Positions 42,559 through 51,515 are shown, counted from the stretch's first letter. The stretch: DNA of 64,000 nt from Candidatus Omnitrophota bacterium (GCA_022703585.1 JAKLDJ010000001.1:374891-438890); one strand, 5' to 3'. Numbers and translations are program-made. Notes: generated by a model from the letters alone, not told the origin.

Positions 42559-42720
42559 TCTACCTCGCCTCTCGCCTATTAATGTCCAGACTGGAAATTA
42601 AATTAATAGGTACGACGACTGCAGCAGAATTAAAGTAAATGTTTGTTTTTTGATTTAACCGACGGACGGAACGATAAAGGCCTTTGCAGGAAGGCCGGCT
42701 GAATTCGTGGGAATTTGAGG

Positions 42721-42750
42721 CATAAAAAATCCCCTGTAATTGCGCAGGGG
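42721..42750 (-). terminator. Second hairpin plus U-tract (minus strand) in the leader of the giant gene; possible attenuator.
   Basis: cccctg (42731-42736) and cagggg (42745-42750) form a 6-bp stem with an 8-nt loop. On the minus strand this is followed by AUUUUUUAUG (revcomp of cataaaaaat, 42721-42730). It lies 165-190 nt upstream of the giant-gene ATG. Confidence 0.3.
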
Positions 42751-42798
42751 ACAACCGAAAAAAGATAATAAAAAGCCTATTAATCAAAGACTCTATAA

Positions 42799-42960
42799 TC
42801 CGTGGCTTTTGAGTTCTTGTTTGCACTGTCCTTTTCTCCGTGGCTTTTGCTGCTTTTTGATACTCGAAAAAAAGATAGGCTGCCGAATCCTCGACGGTTT
42901 CGGCAGCCCGAACTACATCACTTAAAAAAACAAATGTTTTTTAAGTTTTCCGTGGCTTTG
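42799..42960. promoter_or_regulatory. Three direct copies of TCCGTGGCTTT(T)G in the intergenic leader upstream of the giant gene; candidate transcription-factor sites.
   Basis: tccgtggcttttg at 42799-42811 and 42837-42849, and tccgtggctttg at 42949-42960. A related copy ccccgtggctta lies at 54189-54200, upstream of the flp pilin array. Confidence 0.3.
42865..42908 (-). terminator. Intrinsic-terminator-like hairpin plus U-tract on the minus strand, between tadC and the giant gene.
   Basis: ggctgccgaa (42878-42887) pairs perfectly with ttcggcagcc (42899-42908) around an 11-nt loop. On the minus strand the stem is followed by UAUCUUUUUUUCG (revcomp of cgaaaaaaagata, 42865-42877). Confidence 0.5.
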
Positions 42961-43721
42961 CTCACTTCGTAATCTTTCTTTTGGAAGTTCGCCTTTATCG
43001 TTCCGTCTGCAATTTAAATATATCATATAGTATATGGTTGTCAAGCCGGCAGCACCGGCCTAAAACACCCAATCATCAAGCACATCAATGACTTACGTAA
43101 TTGGCGAAAGAATTTTAAATTTTTTTAGAAAATTTTTCCAAAGCCGCTTTCTTTGCGGAGATTTTTGCCTTTTTTATACGGCATGCCGATTGGATTTGAT
43201 CATGATTTCCGCATTCGTCACCATGGGAAATACGGCGTTTTTTAAGAAAGCGATCGCCTCAAAATGACCCGATAAGATATTTTTCCGTCGGAAGCAATGT
43301 TATTTCCGTCGGAGAATGTAAGAAATCTTCTTGGGCCAATCAAATGAGAGAAAGAAAAAAGACGGACAGAAGGCCGGCTCCGCAACTCTTGAATTTAAAA
43401 TGCACGGCTTGAACGCCCTCACGCGCGCATCAAAAAACATGCATCAAGAGAATAAAAACGGAAAAATATACACAGAGCCTGGAGGAAAATATGCCCGGCC
43501 CCGGAAGAGTTTATTTCTTGCGGATTTTCGGGTAGAGAGATATTTAAGAAGATGGGCTTTAGAAATCAGCTGAAACTATTGAAGATTATGCCTTGGTTTC
43601 TTTCTTTGGACATTTCTATACGAATTTTTTATAAATTGGACATTATAATTCGGGATTTCCTGTTGAATTTAGCACAGAAAATGTCCATACTAAAGCAGTT
43701 ACCGATTGGCGCCTAAATGTT

Positions 43722-44720
43722 TTATTTTACACCCAATTGTCTCATTGGATTATTGTTGGTAAAATCGAGGAAAATAGGGGCGCCGACAAGAATGGCGACA
43801 ACGGGGAAAATACAAAACAAGAGCGGGACCAGCATCTTCATGGGAGCCTTAAGGGCAATTTGTTCGCCTCTCCTAAAGCGGGCCACGCGCATATCTTCCG
43901 AAATGATAGTCAGGGCCTCCGCCACCGAAGTACCCATGCGGTCAGCCTGAATAAGAGTGCGGGTAAATGTGGTTAAGTCCGGCAATTCGTATTTTTTTCC
44001 TAAGTCGGCTAAAGCAACCCTTCTGGGTTTGCCGACATTAATCTCCTGCATGATTAAATTCATCTCGTCAATTAAGACCGAGGGCTTCGATTTGTCGACA
44101 ACCCACTTGAGAGCCAGCATAAAATCCAGCCCGGCATTAACGCACAAGCCCAAAAGGTCGATGGTGTCGGGAAGTTCTTTGACAATAGACTCTTTGATTT
44201 TCTTCGTCCTGGCCTTAAGCCAAAACTCCGGTACCAAATAACCGAAACAAAAACCAAAACCCGCCCAGGCAAATATCATATCCGGCTTTATAAGCCTGAA
44301 GGTAAGGGCCAGCACCGCGGCCATGCATAATTCTTTTATGAGAAAAAATCCTTCCGGGGTAAGGTCAAGCTTGGCAATATTAAGGTCCCTGGCCATTCTT
44401 TTTCCCAAAGGGCCGAGGGTAAAGGGCCGGTTAAACATCGAAAAATGCCGGAATGCCGTCGAGAGGGTGGATCTTTTTTTCTTGTCAATCTTGACCTCGG
44501 GCTCGACATTAAGCGGCTGCAAACGCAGGCGCGTCGTCGGCGTCTCAAAGGGCGCGAAAAAAAGAACCAGGCAGATAACAGAAAGAAAAACAAATCCTAA
44601 AATAATGGCGAGCATAGGCTCCTTATATAAGACCGAATTGACCCTGCTTCGCCAAATACTTAACATGTTTGGCTTCGCAGGGTTATACCCCCTACCTCTT
44701 TGTTTCGCTTCGCTACACAA
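43722..44720 (-). CDS. tadC: TadC-like Flp pilus assembly inner-membrane protein (T2SS F-domain family).
   Basis: 332-aa ORF with a polytopic membrane profile and a C-terminal GspF/TadC-type region (...LIQADRMGTSVAEALTIISEDMRVARFRRGEQIALKAPMKMLVPLLFCIFPVVAILVGAPIFLDF). Sits directly downstream of the tadB-like gene. Confidence 0.75.
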   Translation of the reverse strand: MCSEAKQRGRGYNPAKPNMLSIWRSRVNSVLYKEPMLAIILGFVFLSVICLVLFFAPFETPTTRLRLQPLNVEPEVKIDKKKRSTLSTAFRHFSMFNRPFTLGPLGKRMARDLNIAKLDLTPEGFFLIKELCMAAVLALTFRLIKPDMIFAWAGFGFCFGYLVPEFWLKARTKKIKESIVKELPDTIDLLGLCVNAGLDFMLALKWVVDKSKPSVLIDEMNLIMQEINVGKPRRVALADLGKKYELPDLTTFTRTLIQADRMGTSVAEALTIISEDMRVARFRRGEQIALKAPMKMLVPLLFCIFPVVAILVGAPIFLDFTNNNPMRQLGVK

Positions 44721-44739
44721 AGCGAAACAGTAGGGGTCA

Positions 44740-45597
44740 TTAAAACTCCTTAAACGTACTGATCCTCCATATCATAAAAACGCCCAAGACCTCCAGGAAA
44801 ACAGCCAGAATAAGAAGCATTCTCCCCACATCAGAATTAATCAGCTGGTCAAAGAAATTTTTGTTGGAAGAAGTGACCACGGCCGCAAAGGCAATGGGCA
44901 GGATCGACATGACCACTCCCTGGATTTTCCCCTGAAGGGTCAGATTATCGATATTTTGCTTAATCTTTTTGTTTTCCCGTATGGTGGTAACAATGCGGCT
45001 AAAAATAACAGGCAGGTTGCCGCCGGTTTCTCGGGCCAAAAGAATCGCGGTAATCATATGGTGCAGCGCCGTCGAGGGCATCCGGCTGTAGAGGCGCGCA
45101 AATGATTCTTCCAGGGAAATCCCCATTTTGTTTTCGCCTAAAAGGGTCCCGAATTCCTGGCTGACGGGAGCGGGCATTTCTTCTTTGACCACCTCCAGGG
45201 CCTGGATTAAGCTTAAGCCTCCTTTTAAAGAGCTGGATAAAATCATCAGGGTGTCTACCAGCTGGTCTTCGAATTTGGCGGTGCGCTTTTGGGTCAAGAA
45301 TTTAACATAGACGCTGGGCGCCAAAAATCCGACGACAGCGCCGGCGACAACCCCTAAAAGCTTGATCTCGGCAGGAAACGCCATAAATCCGGTAACAGCC
45401 AAAATAATGGGCCCGACCGTGTAAAAGAGTATGACACGCCTGACCCGGACCTTGATAAACATCTCATCCATGCGTTCGGCAAGTTCCCGGGAACGTCTTT
45501 TATTCATCTCTTCGATGTTTCCGTAGATGGGGGGAATGACCGAAAAAGAGAATACGGCCACGGAACCGAATATCAACAGCATGATAATAAGCCACAT
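44740..45597 (-). CDS. tadB: TadB-like Flp pilus assembly inner-membrane protein (T2SS F-domain family).
   Basis: 285-aa ORF with N-terminal TM helices and a T2SSF-like core (...LGENKMGISLEESFARLYSRMPSTALHHMITAILLARETGGNLPVIFSRIVTTIRENKKIKQNIDNLTLQGKIQGVVMSILPIAFAAVV...). Paired with the tadC-like gene, 19 nt apart. Confidence 0.75.
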   Translation of the reverse strand: MWLIIMLLIFGSVAVFSFSVIPPIYGNIEEMNKRRSRELAERMDEMFIKVRVRRVILFYTVGPIILAVTGFMAFPAEIKLLGVVAGAVVGFLAPSVYVKFLTQKRTAKFEDQLVDTLMILSSSLKGGLSLIQALEVVKEEMPAPVSQEFGTLLGENKMGISLEESFARLYSRMPSTALHHMITAILLARETGGNLPVIFSRIVTTIRENKKIKQNIDNLTLQGKIQGVVMSILPIAFAAVVTSSNKNFFDQLINSDVGRMLLILAVFLEVLGVFMIWRISTFKEF

Positions 45598-45642
45598 AGG
45601 ATTTATTCTCTAACCAAAATTACCTTTAACAAAAATACCCCA

Positions 45643-46047
45643 TTAGTTACATTGTGGATTTGCACAAGGGGTCACGCAATACTCGTTACAATGCTCCTCG
45701 CAGCAGTCGGCATTATGTCCGCACGCCGTGTTGGGGTTAGGGCTATGACTGCCGCAAGGATTCCAATTATTATGATCCATGCAATTATGTGCGCATTGAT
45801 CGGAATAGTTCGTATGGCATTGGGGGACATACCACCTTCCCAGGTCTTCGCTCCAGATGCATTCAACCGTTTTTTTAGGGTCGTATTGCATCCCGAAACC
45901 GAAGGAATCGGCTGACGCCTTCCAGCGCCCGGCAAAACCGCGCAGGACATACTGCCGTCCGGCGACAAAAGCCGCGATCAGAATAACGATAAGCATCGTG
46001 TATTCGATCATGGAAGCGGCTCTTTTATTACCTTTACGCATCGTCAT
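45643..46047 (-). CDS. Flp-like pilin paralog with a Cys/His-rich C-terminal extension (12 Cys in the last roughly 60 aa).
   Basis: N-terminus MTMRKGNKRAASMIEYTMLIVILIAAFVAGRQYVLRGFAGRWKASADSFG parallels the xxxxEY plus hydrophobic helix plus RGIQGRWK pattern of the flp array genes. C-terminus ...CHTNYSDQCAHNCMDHNNWNPCGSHSPNPNTACGHNADCCEEHCNEYCVTPCANPQCN. The start overlaps the stop of the upstream TadG-like gene (TAATG), indicating translational coupling. Confidence 0.55.
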   Translation of the reverse strand: MTMRKGNKRAASMIEYTMLIVILIAAFVAGRQYVLRGFAGRWKASADSFGFGMQYDPKKTVECIWSEDLGRWYVPQCHTNYSDQCAHNCMDHNNWNPCGSHSPNPNTACGHNADCCEEHCNEYCVTPCANPQCN

Positions 46048-49000
46048 TAAAATTCGTCACTGCACCTTGAAAATTTGACGTTAAACCCGTACGGGTCCTC
46101 CTGGTGAAAGAAGTACTCCGCGCAGGTTTTACTCATTACGCCCCGGTAGAGAAAGTGGCGTACAATATTATAACACGCCGTTATCTCCGGCGGATCGGCA
46201 ACATCATTAATCATAAAAGCACCCTGATTACCGGGATCACACGCGGCTTCCAGTTGCGTAATACGTTCCGGGGTAATGCTGTCCCGGTCCGCGTGGTGGG
46301 CAATAAAGCGCCAGATAGGAACCTTGTTGGCAAACGTCAAAAGGGCGTCTTTGTCCTCGTCATAGCGGATAACGCGGGATTTGACCGCGCCGCCCCTGAA
46401 ACAAACTCTGGCATTGCTGCCTTCATGATACTCCCCGGGTTCATCGCAAGCGCTATTGGGCGCTCCGTCGGAGTATTGGTCAAAACTATCTCCCAGGGTA
46501 TAGCATTTGCGCGTACCCCAGTTTTTAGTATAGGTCTTAATCCACGGCCAACTCGGCTCATGGGTATAGCCCTGAGATGCCCTCGCACATTTTCCGTTGC
46601 ATCGGGTGGGCAAGCGCGCCTCAACCTGCACAATATGCCAGTAGCCTTTCCCGGCAAACTGCCCGGGCCGCGGCGTCTCCGGAGGGTCACTGCGCCAGGC
46701 GTAAATCGCGTATGGGGCCAGGTCCGCGTCGTCCTCAGGATTCACATTGACTCTGTTATACTCAGTCGTAACACCCGTGACTGCGGGACTGTTAACAAAA
46801 GTATGAAATGCGTCTCTATAGCGGTTGAGGGTGGCGATAACGCTGGTGACATTATTAATTGTCCTGTCCAGAAAATCCGCACGAAAACGATGCATGGCGG
46901 CCTCATTCGCCTCGCCATGCCAGTACTCCTGTACACACGCCAACTCAGCAGCCTGACAGGAGCCGCTTAAGTTGCATGGGTTTCGGAGCGAATAGCAGGC
47001 CGGATAGCTGTAGTTGCAATGAGCATAACAGTCGGCGTATTGGTTCGCAGTAGTATCATGCGCCGGAGCCCTGGTATTGCGATGGCAATCGGCGATCTGA
47101 CTAATTGTGCGGGCGGGGTTGTAATTCGGGTTACATTCGTAACTACTATTTCCGTGATAACTACGATTAGCCCAATCCGAAAGAGTATTGCTCCATTCAT
47201 TAAAAACACTGCCCGAACTCCCGTAATCGTCCAATACCCCGCCAGGCCCTACCCAGGAAAGAAATTCCGGGTACCAGGATAGAAATGACCTCGCAAGTTC
47301 GTCGGATCCTTGCGCCAATATCCCTAAACTCCAAGAAGTAAAATCGGTGAGACTGCGGCGAAGCAAATCGGCCTCATCTTCGCTCCAAAGAACCTTGTAG
47401 TACCGCTCGGGCCACGTCCCCGGGATGCTCTCGCATTCGTTACTATAAATCGAACAGATCCCGGCCGACTCTGTACATGAGGTGCAGGTCCTATCGCACT
47501 CCTTTCCCGGACAGGGGGTGCTGTAGGGCCAGTTGTCGTCATCTTTGGTGCAGTATTGGACATCACCTCTTTTCCACCATCCCGGGGGATACGTTGATTC
47601 ACCGGGACATTTTAGGACTTCATTTCCGTCAGGGGGAACAACGGGTTTTCTTATTCCTGACGCGTTGGGAACATTATCAAAAGTGCTGGGTACAAAACAG
47701 GTAAGCGGCGACGCATTATCACATGCGTAGGGGAGCTCGAGATGGCCCACCGCGGCATAGGGAAAATCATTATTATTGCAGTAGGCATAGGTGTTATTCC
47801 AGACATATTGCGGTGTAGCCCAATAGCAAAAATCAACATAATGCTCAAATTCATCATAGATAGCGCTAAAATCAAGGCTTGCCCTGGCTGCCGCGTCCCA
47901 TAGCGTCGGGAAAAATGCCCCTTTCAGGTCATCGCGCCTGAAACGAAAAGGATGCGTGGTGCGGTCCAAAATCTGCGGCCCGTTAGGATTGAGCGGGTTT
48001 GTCCTGTAATACGGTGTTTCATCGTCGTGGCCAAGAAACTTTCTAAAAGACAAGAAACCGATATTCGGGTCTTCATGGAGGGCATTAAAGACGTACGGAT
48101 AACCGCCCGTAGAATACCCGCCAGCAATATTGGGATAGATACCGGAACAGTTTGCTGAGCTGCCGCAAGAGGGCGTAGCGGGATCGGGACAATCAGAACC
48201 GCCATCGCAACAGCACGGCCTCACGTTTGGCGGAACACAGCAGCGATTGCATTCAGCGGGAGGATTGGCTCCGCAACAAGCGCTTGCATGCTGCGGAGGA
48301 ACGGGCGCTGTGGTTTCGGAACAATAAATCAGGGTAGGATCCGCAACCGCAAAAAGGTCGGTGTGCACGACCCGTACCGGCTCAGGGGGCGGATTAGGAG
48401 GAACCGTGGGCGGCTGTTCATAGTATATGTACGGCTCTAAGAGAAACGCCCCCAGGGCCCTCTGGAAATCCTGCAATATGTCACGATTGAGGATGCGCCT
48501 GTTCGCAAATTTTGCGTTCATCCGCTGGGTGTAAAAATACCCGAAACGGTTGACCTCTTCGTTGAGTATACCGTCCATGTCGATGTCTTTGGTGTCGAGA
48601 AGCTCGCTGGTATCATCAACGCTATATTGAAGAGCCATCTGAATTCCGCGTTCGACAAATTGGTCTGCCGGCGTCTCAAGCTGTGCCATTTGTTTATTCC
48701 ATAAGGAATTCATACCGGGCTGAAGGACAAGCGCCTGGAGCAGAATGGAACCAACCGAGAGAATCAGAAAGATAATTCCTTTAGCGGTAGCAAATGCCGC
48801 AAAGGTAAGCGTCCCTCCGGAAGTAATGGAAATAACAGTGGCAATGACAAGAATGATGAGGGCTAGTACTGCCGCTGCGACTCCTGTCCATCCGCAGACG
48901 GTTAAATCATCTCCGGCGTTAGGGTCGGGATTTCCCTCGGGCCCGCCCAACTGGCCCTGATAAACACTTTCGGCATAGCTGGCCATACCCGAGGCCAAAA

Positions 49001-49298
49001 AAGCGGCGCTGATATTGGAGGCCATGGTCACCTGGGTTTTTGTCTGCGAGATTCTGCCCAGGTTGAGAACCACGGCATAAAAGATAAATAAAATCGCCAC
49101 CATCACAATCAGCAATAGGGCTACCTGACCCGCCTCGGCTCCCCCTCCATCGCTTCGCGACGAGATCTCGGCGAAGCCGGACCTCGTCGAGCTTGCCCTG
49201 AGTCCCTCGATTTTGCTCGGGATAAACTTCGTCGAGGCTGGGCCGGTTCGACTTGAGGATAAAATCTTCTTTGTTATTTTGTTTAAAAAGCTAAGCAA
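46047..49298 (-). CDS. Giant TadG-like pseudopilin or tip-adhesin candidate, 1083 aa, with a cysteine-rich ectodomain.
   Basis: The N-terminal segment ...GAEAGQVALLLIVMVAILFIFYAVVLNLGRISQTKTQVTMASNISAAFLASGMASYAESVYQGQL matches the TadE/TadG N-terminal helix pattern. The remainder is Cys-dense (for example CCGANPPAECNRCCVPPNVRPCCCDGGSDCPDPATPSCGSSANCSG) with many aromatic residues. Confidence 0.65.
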   Translation of the reverse strand: MLSFLNKITKKILSSSRTGPASTKFIPSKIEGLRASSTRSGFAEISSRSDGGGAEAGQVALLLIVMVAILFIFYAVVLNLGRISQTKTQVTMASNISAAFLASGMASYAESVYQGQLGGPEGNPDPNAGDDLTVCGWTGVAAAVLALIILVIATVISITSGGTLTFAAFATAKGIIFLILSVGSILLQALVLQPGMNSLWNKQMAQLETPADQFVERGIQMALQYSVDDTSELLDTKDIDMDGILNEEVNRFGYFYTQRMNAKFANRRILNRDILQDFQRALGAFLLEPYIYYEQPPTVPPNPPPEPVRVVHTDLFAVADPTLIYCSETTAPVPPQHASACCGANPPAECNRCCVPPNVRPCCCDGGSDCPDPATPSCGSSANCSGIYPNIAGGYSTGGYPYVFNALHEDPNIGFLSFRKFLGHDDETPYYRTNPLNPNGPQILDRTTHPFRFRRDDLKGAFFPTLWDAAARASLDFSAIYDEFEHYVDFCYWATPQYVWNNTYAYCNNNDFPYAAVGHLELPYACDNASPLTCFVPSTFDNVPNASGIRKPVVPPDGNEVLKCPGESTYPPGWWKRGDVQYCTKDDDNWPYSTPCPGKECDRTCTSCTESAGICSIYSNECESIPGTWPERYYKVLWSEDEADLLRRSLTDFTSWSLGILAQGSDELARSFLSWYPEFLSWVGPGGVLDDYGSSGSVFNEWSNTLSDWANRSYHGNSSYECNPNYNPARTISQIADCHRNTRAPAHDTTANQYADCYAHCNYSYPACYSLRNPCNLSGSCQAAELACVQEYWHGEANEAAMHRFRADFLDRTINNVTSVIATLNRYRDAFHTFVNSPAVTGVTTEYNRVNVNPEDDADLAPYAIYAWRSDPPETPRPGQFAGKGYWHIVQVEARLPTRCNGKCARASQGYTHEPSWPWIKTYTKNWGTRKCYTLGDSFDQYSDGAPNSACDEPGEYHEGSNARVCFRGGAVKSRVIRYDEDKDALLTFANKVPIWRFIAHHADRDSITPERITQLEAACDPGNQGAFMINDVADPPEITACYNIVRHFLYRGVMSKTCAEYFFHQEDPYGFNVKFSRCSDEF

Positions 49299-49361
49299 TC
49301 TTTCTCCTTGAATCTTGTTACGTCAAATTTGCCCTAACCCTTTATTTTAAAAACCTTAAAC

Positions 49362-49625
49362 CTACCATTTGTTGAAAACCAAGTTTAAAGGGGTCGGTTT
49401 GGAAAAATTCGTTCTCAGCTGTCTTAACGGGCCTTCGCCCTCATTCTCCCAATTCTCGTTGATACCCATATTCAGAGTAGTTTCGTGGGCGACCTGACGC
49501 TCGGATAGGCTTAACCCCACCCAGCGAAATGCCATGATGCACCCGTAAAAAATCAGAAGCAGGACAACAAAAGCAAACGTGAATTCGATGATAACCTGCG
49601 CGTCATGTTGTTTAGAGTTTTTCAT
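49362..49625 (-). CDS. tadE: TadE-like minor pseudopilin (87 aa).
   Basis: MKNSKQHDAQVIIEFTFAFVVLLLIFYGCIMAFRWVGLSLSERQVAHE... shows a TadE-like N-terminal hydrophobic helix after a charged leader. Confidence 0.6.
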   Translation of the reverse strand: MKNSKQHDAQVIIEFTFAFVVLLLIFYGCIMAFRWVGLSLSERQVAHETTLNMGINENWENEGEGPLRQLRTNFSKPTPLNLVFNKW

Positions 49626-49684
49626 TTTAGCTGTCAGCTTTCAGCTGTCAGCTTTCAGCTGCTGAGAGCTGATAGCTGGTGGCT

Positions 49685-51115
49685 TTACTTAAATGGATTC
49701 TTATCCGTACTGACATCCGTCACCCATTTTTTCTTAGCCCGGTCCTCAATTTTACTTCGTATGTGAAGAATTTTAGTGCTTCGGTCAAAACAAGTCTTAA
49801 AAACATTGTCATTGCTATAGCAACAACTCCCCGCATCGCAGCAGGCTTCAACCGGATTGCTGCCGTTACACATACGCCCTGTATCATTGCTGAGCTGTAT
49901 CTGCCGCTCGATAACCTCAATGCTATCCTGTTTCCGGGTCTGACGGACATACTGCCTGGTGTCGGGGGTAAAAAGCTTGCCTTCTTCTACCCGAAGATAT
50001 GTACCGGTATCCCCGGGGCCGGCCGGCTTGCCATAAACATACAAAAATGATTCCGGTTTCAAGCCCGGCTGAGGCTTACCGTTTTGCCTATCGCGCGTGT
50101 CATAGGTATTATCAATATCGCCTTCTTGCTGGTCAATAACTGTAACCTCCTTAAAAGCCGCATGGAACATGGCGCCAGACCGGACAAGGTTGTGGTATCC
50201 CTCCGCTCCTTCGTCACCTACAAACCAATCGATTGTCTCCGGGATGGGCTCTTTAAGAGTATATGTAAAGTTGTTTGTATCGACCATGCGGACAATGGAC
50301 TCTTCCTTAAGATCTCCGTCAACATCCAGGGATGTATTCTTGCCGTCATTAAAATCAATTTCCGAGTTGGTCATAGGGATGGCGTACCACTCCCAGGTAA
50401 ACTCGTCTGTTTGAGCCGGTTCGACATCCATCCCCGCAGTACATCCGACGGCAGCACATTGGGTCAGGGTGTTGCGGTCCAAATTAAACCTGTCTTCCAG
50501 GGTATTTCGAGTATCGCCGGTTGCCAGAGGTGAACATCCAAAGGGATTCAAGCTGCAAAAATTGTCGTCACCATAAACTATTCTCGTATATGCCTTTGCG
50601 CAATTTATTGCGCCCCCGCTAGGGCCATTTCCACAGCCGGCAGAGTCTGATATGATTATCGGAGTGGGCAGGCTACCGCAAAATCCAGTCACAAAATTAC
50701 AAGTTTTAAACTGGGCAGTCGTAAAGGTAAAATGCTGGCCGTTGATAAAAACATCCATGATGGAAAGGTTTTCGGGGTGGTCATGCTGGGTGGGCATAAA
50801 AAGATTATTGGTAAAAGCCCCCGCCCCGCTGGTCACAAAAGGCATACGCGACGAAGTTAAATACCGGCCGCTACTTGAGACATCGGCGTCTTTTCTGTCT
50901 TCGATATATAGGATGCTGGAAAACATCCGCGAGGCGTTTCCCCCGGTGCCGGACCGAAAAGACTGCTCAAAAGCCAGCCGCATGGCCCCCAGCGCCTGGT
51001 TTTGGGCATAATTAAAATTAAGCGCCATGCGAATAATCAGGCCCAAAACAAAAATCAGGATAGCCCCGAAAATCGCGAGTTCGGAAGCCGTCTGACCTTT
51101 GGGAATGCATTTCAT
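49685..51115 (-). CDS. TadE/TadG-like pseudopilin, 476 aa, with a Cys-rich extracellular domain.
   Basis: N-terminus MKCIPKGQTASELAIFGAILIFVLGLIIRMALNFNYAQNQALGAMRLAFEQSF is TadE-like. The body contains CNFVTGFCGSLP, AGCGNGPSGGAINCAKAY, FCSLNPFGCSP and CAAVGC motifs, and the tail has EACCDAGSCCY. Confidence 0.6.
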   Translation of the reverse strand: MKCIPKGQTASELAIFGAILIFVLGLIIRMALNFNYAQNQALGAMRLAFEQSFRSGTGGNASRMFSSILYIEDRKDADVSSSGRYLTSSRMPFVTSGAGAFTNNLFMPTQHDHPENLSIMDVFINGQHFTFTTAQFKTCNFVTGFCGSLPTPIIISDSAGCGNGPSGGAINCAKAYTRIVYGDDNFCSLNPFGCSPLATGDTRNTLEDRFNLDRNTLTQCAAVGCTAGMDVEPAQTDEFTWEWYAIPMTNSEIDFNDGKNTSLDVDGDLKEESIVRMVDTNNFTYTLKEPIPETIDWFVGDEGAEGYHNLVRSGAMFHAAFKEVTVIDQQEGDIDNTYDTRDRQNGKPQPGLKPESFLYVYGKPAGPGDTGTYLRVEEGKLFTPDTRQYVRQTRKQDSIEVIERQIQLSNDTGRMCNGSNPVEACCDAGSCCYSNDNVFKTCFDRSTKILHIRSKIEDRAKKKWVTDVSTDKNPFK

Positions 51116-51179
51116 TTTTCAATTCACCATAGATTATCTTTATCGCCCCGAAAAACGAACCCGTCATTACAAAAGAAAA

Positions 51180-51494
51180 TTAGTACCCAAACACCTTCAT
51201 GGAGCCGTCTTGCCGCTCGACGGAGCTGGAATCATCATACCGGTTCGTCCAAAATTGGCCTGCCCCTTGCTGGACCGTGATCCTGGTCTGAGAATTTTGC
51301 TCCATGGTATACAAAATATTCGTTGTCGTATTGGTACTGTCGTACTGATCGCCTAAGTCCTCAACCGAGGCCTTCCACCGCCCCTGGATAGCCCGCTTAA
51401 GATACACCCCTCCGACGATGAGGGCCCCCATGACCACGATTAATAAAATAGCATATTCGGTTAGAGACTGGCCGTTTTTTCTTATCCGCAGCAT
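51180..51494 (-). CDS. flp: Flp-family pilin paralog (104 aa).
   Basis: MLRIRKNGQSLTEYAILLIVVMGALIVGGVYLKRAIQGRWKASVEDLG carries the class-III prepilin motif G/QSLTEY followed by a hydrophobic helix. Confidence 0.65.
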   Translation of the reverse strand: MLRIRKNGQSLTEYAILLIVVMGALIVGGVYLKRAIQGRWKASVEDLGDQYDSTNTTTNILYTMEQNSQTRITVQQGAGQFWTNRYDDSSSVERQDGSMKVFGY

Positions 51495-51515
51495 TCCTAT
51501 CCCTCTTAAGTTTCT

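Noticed and set aside
43331-43976. Plus-strand ORFs 43331..43573, 43717..43950 and 43737..43976 in and next to the long intergenic leader.
   Set aside because: The first has a Lys/Arg-rich low-complexity translation in an AT-rich non-coding region. The latter two are antisense to tadC. No RBS or motif support.
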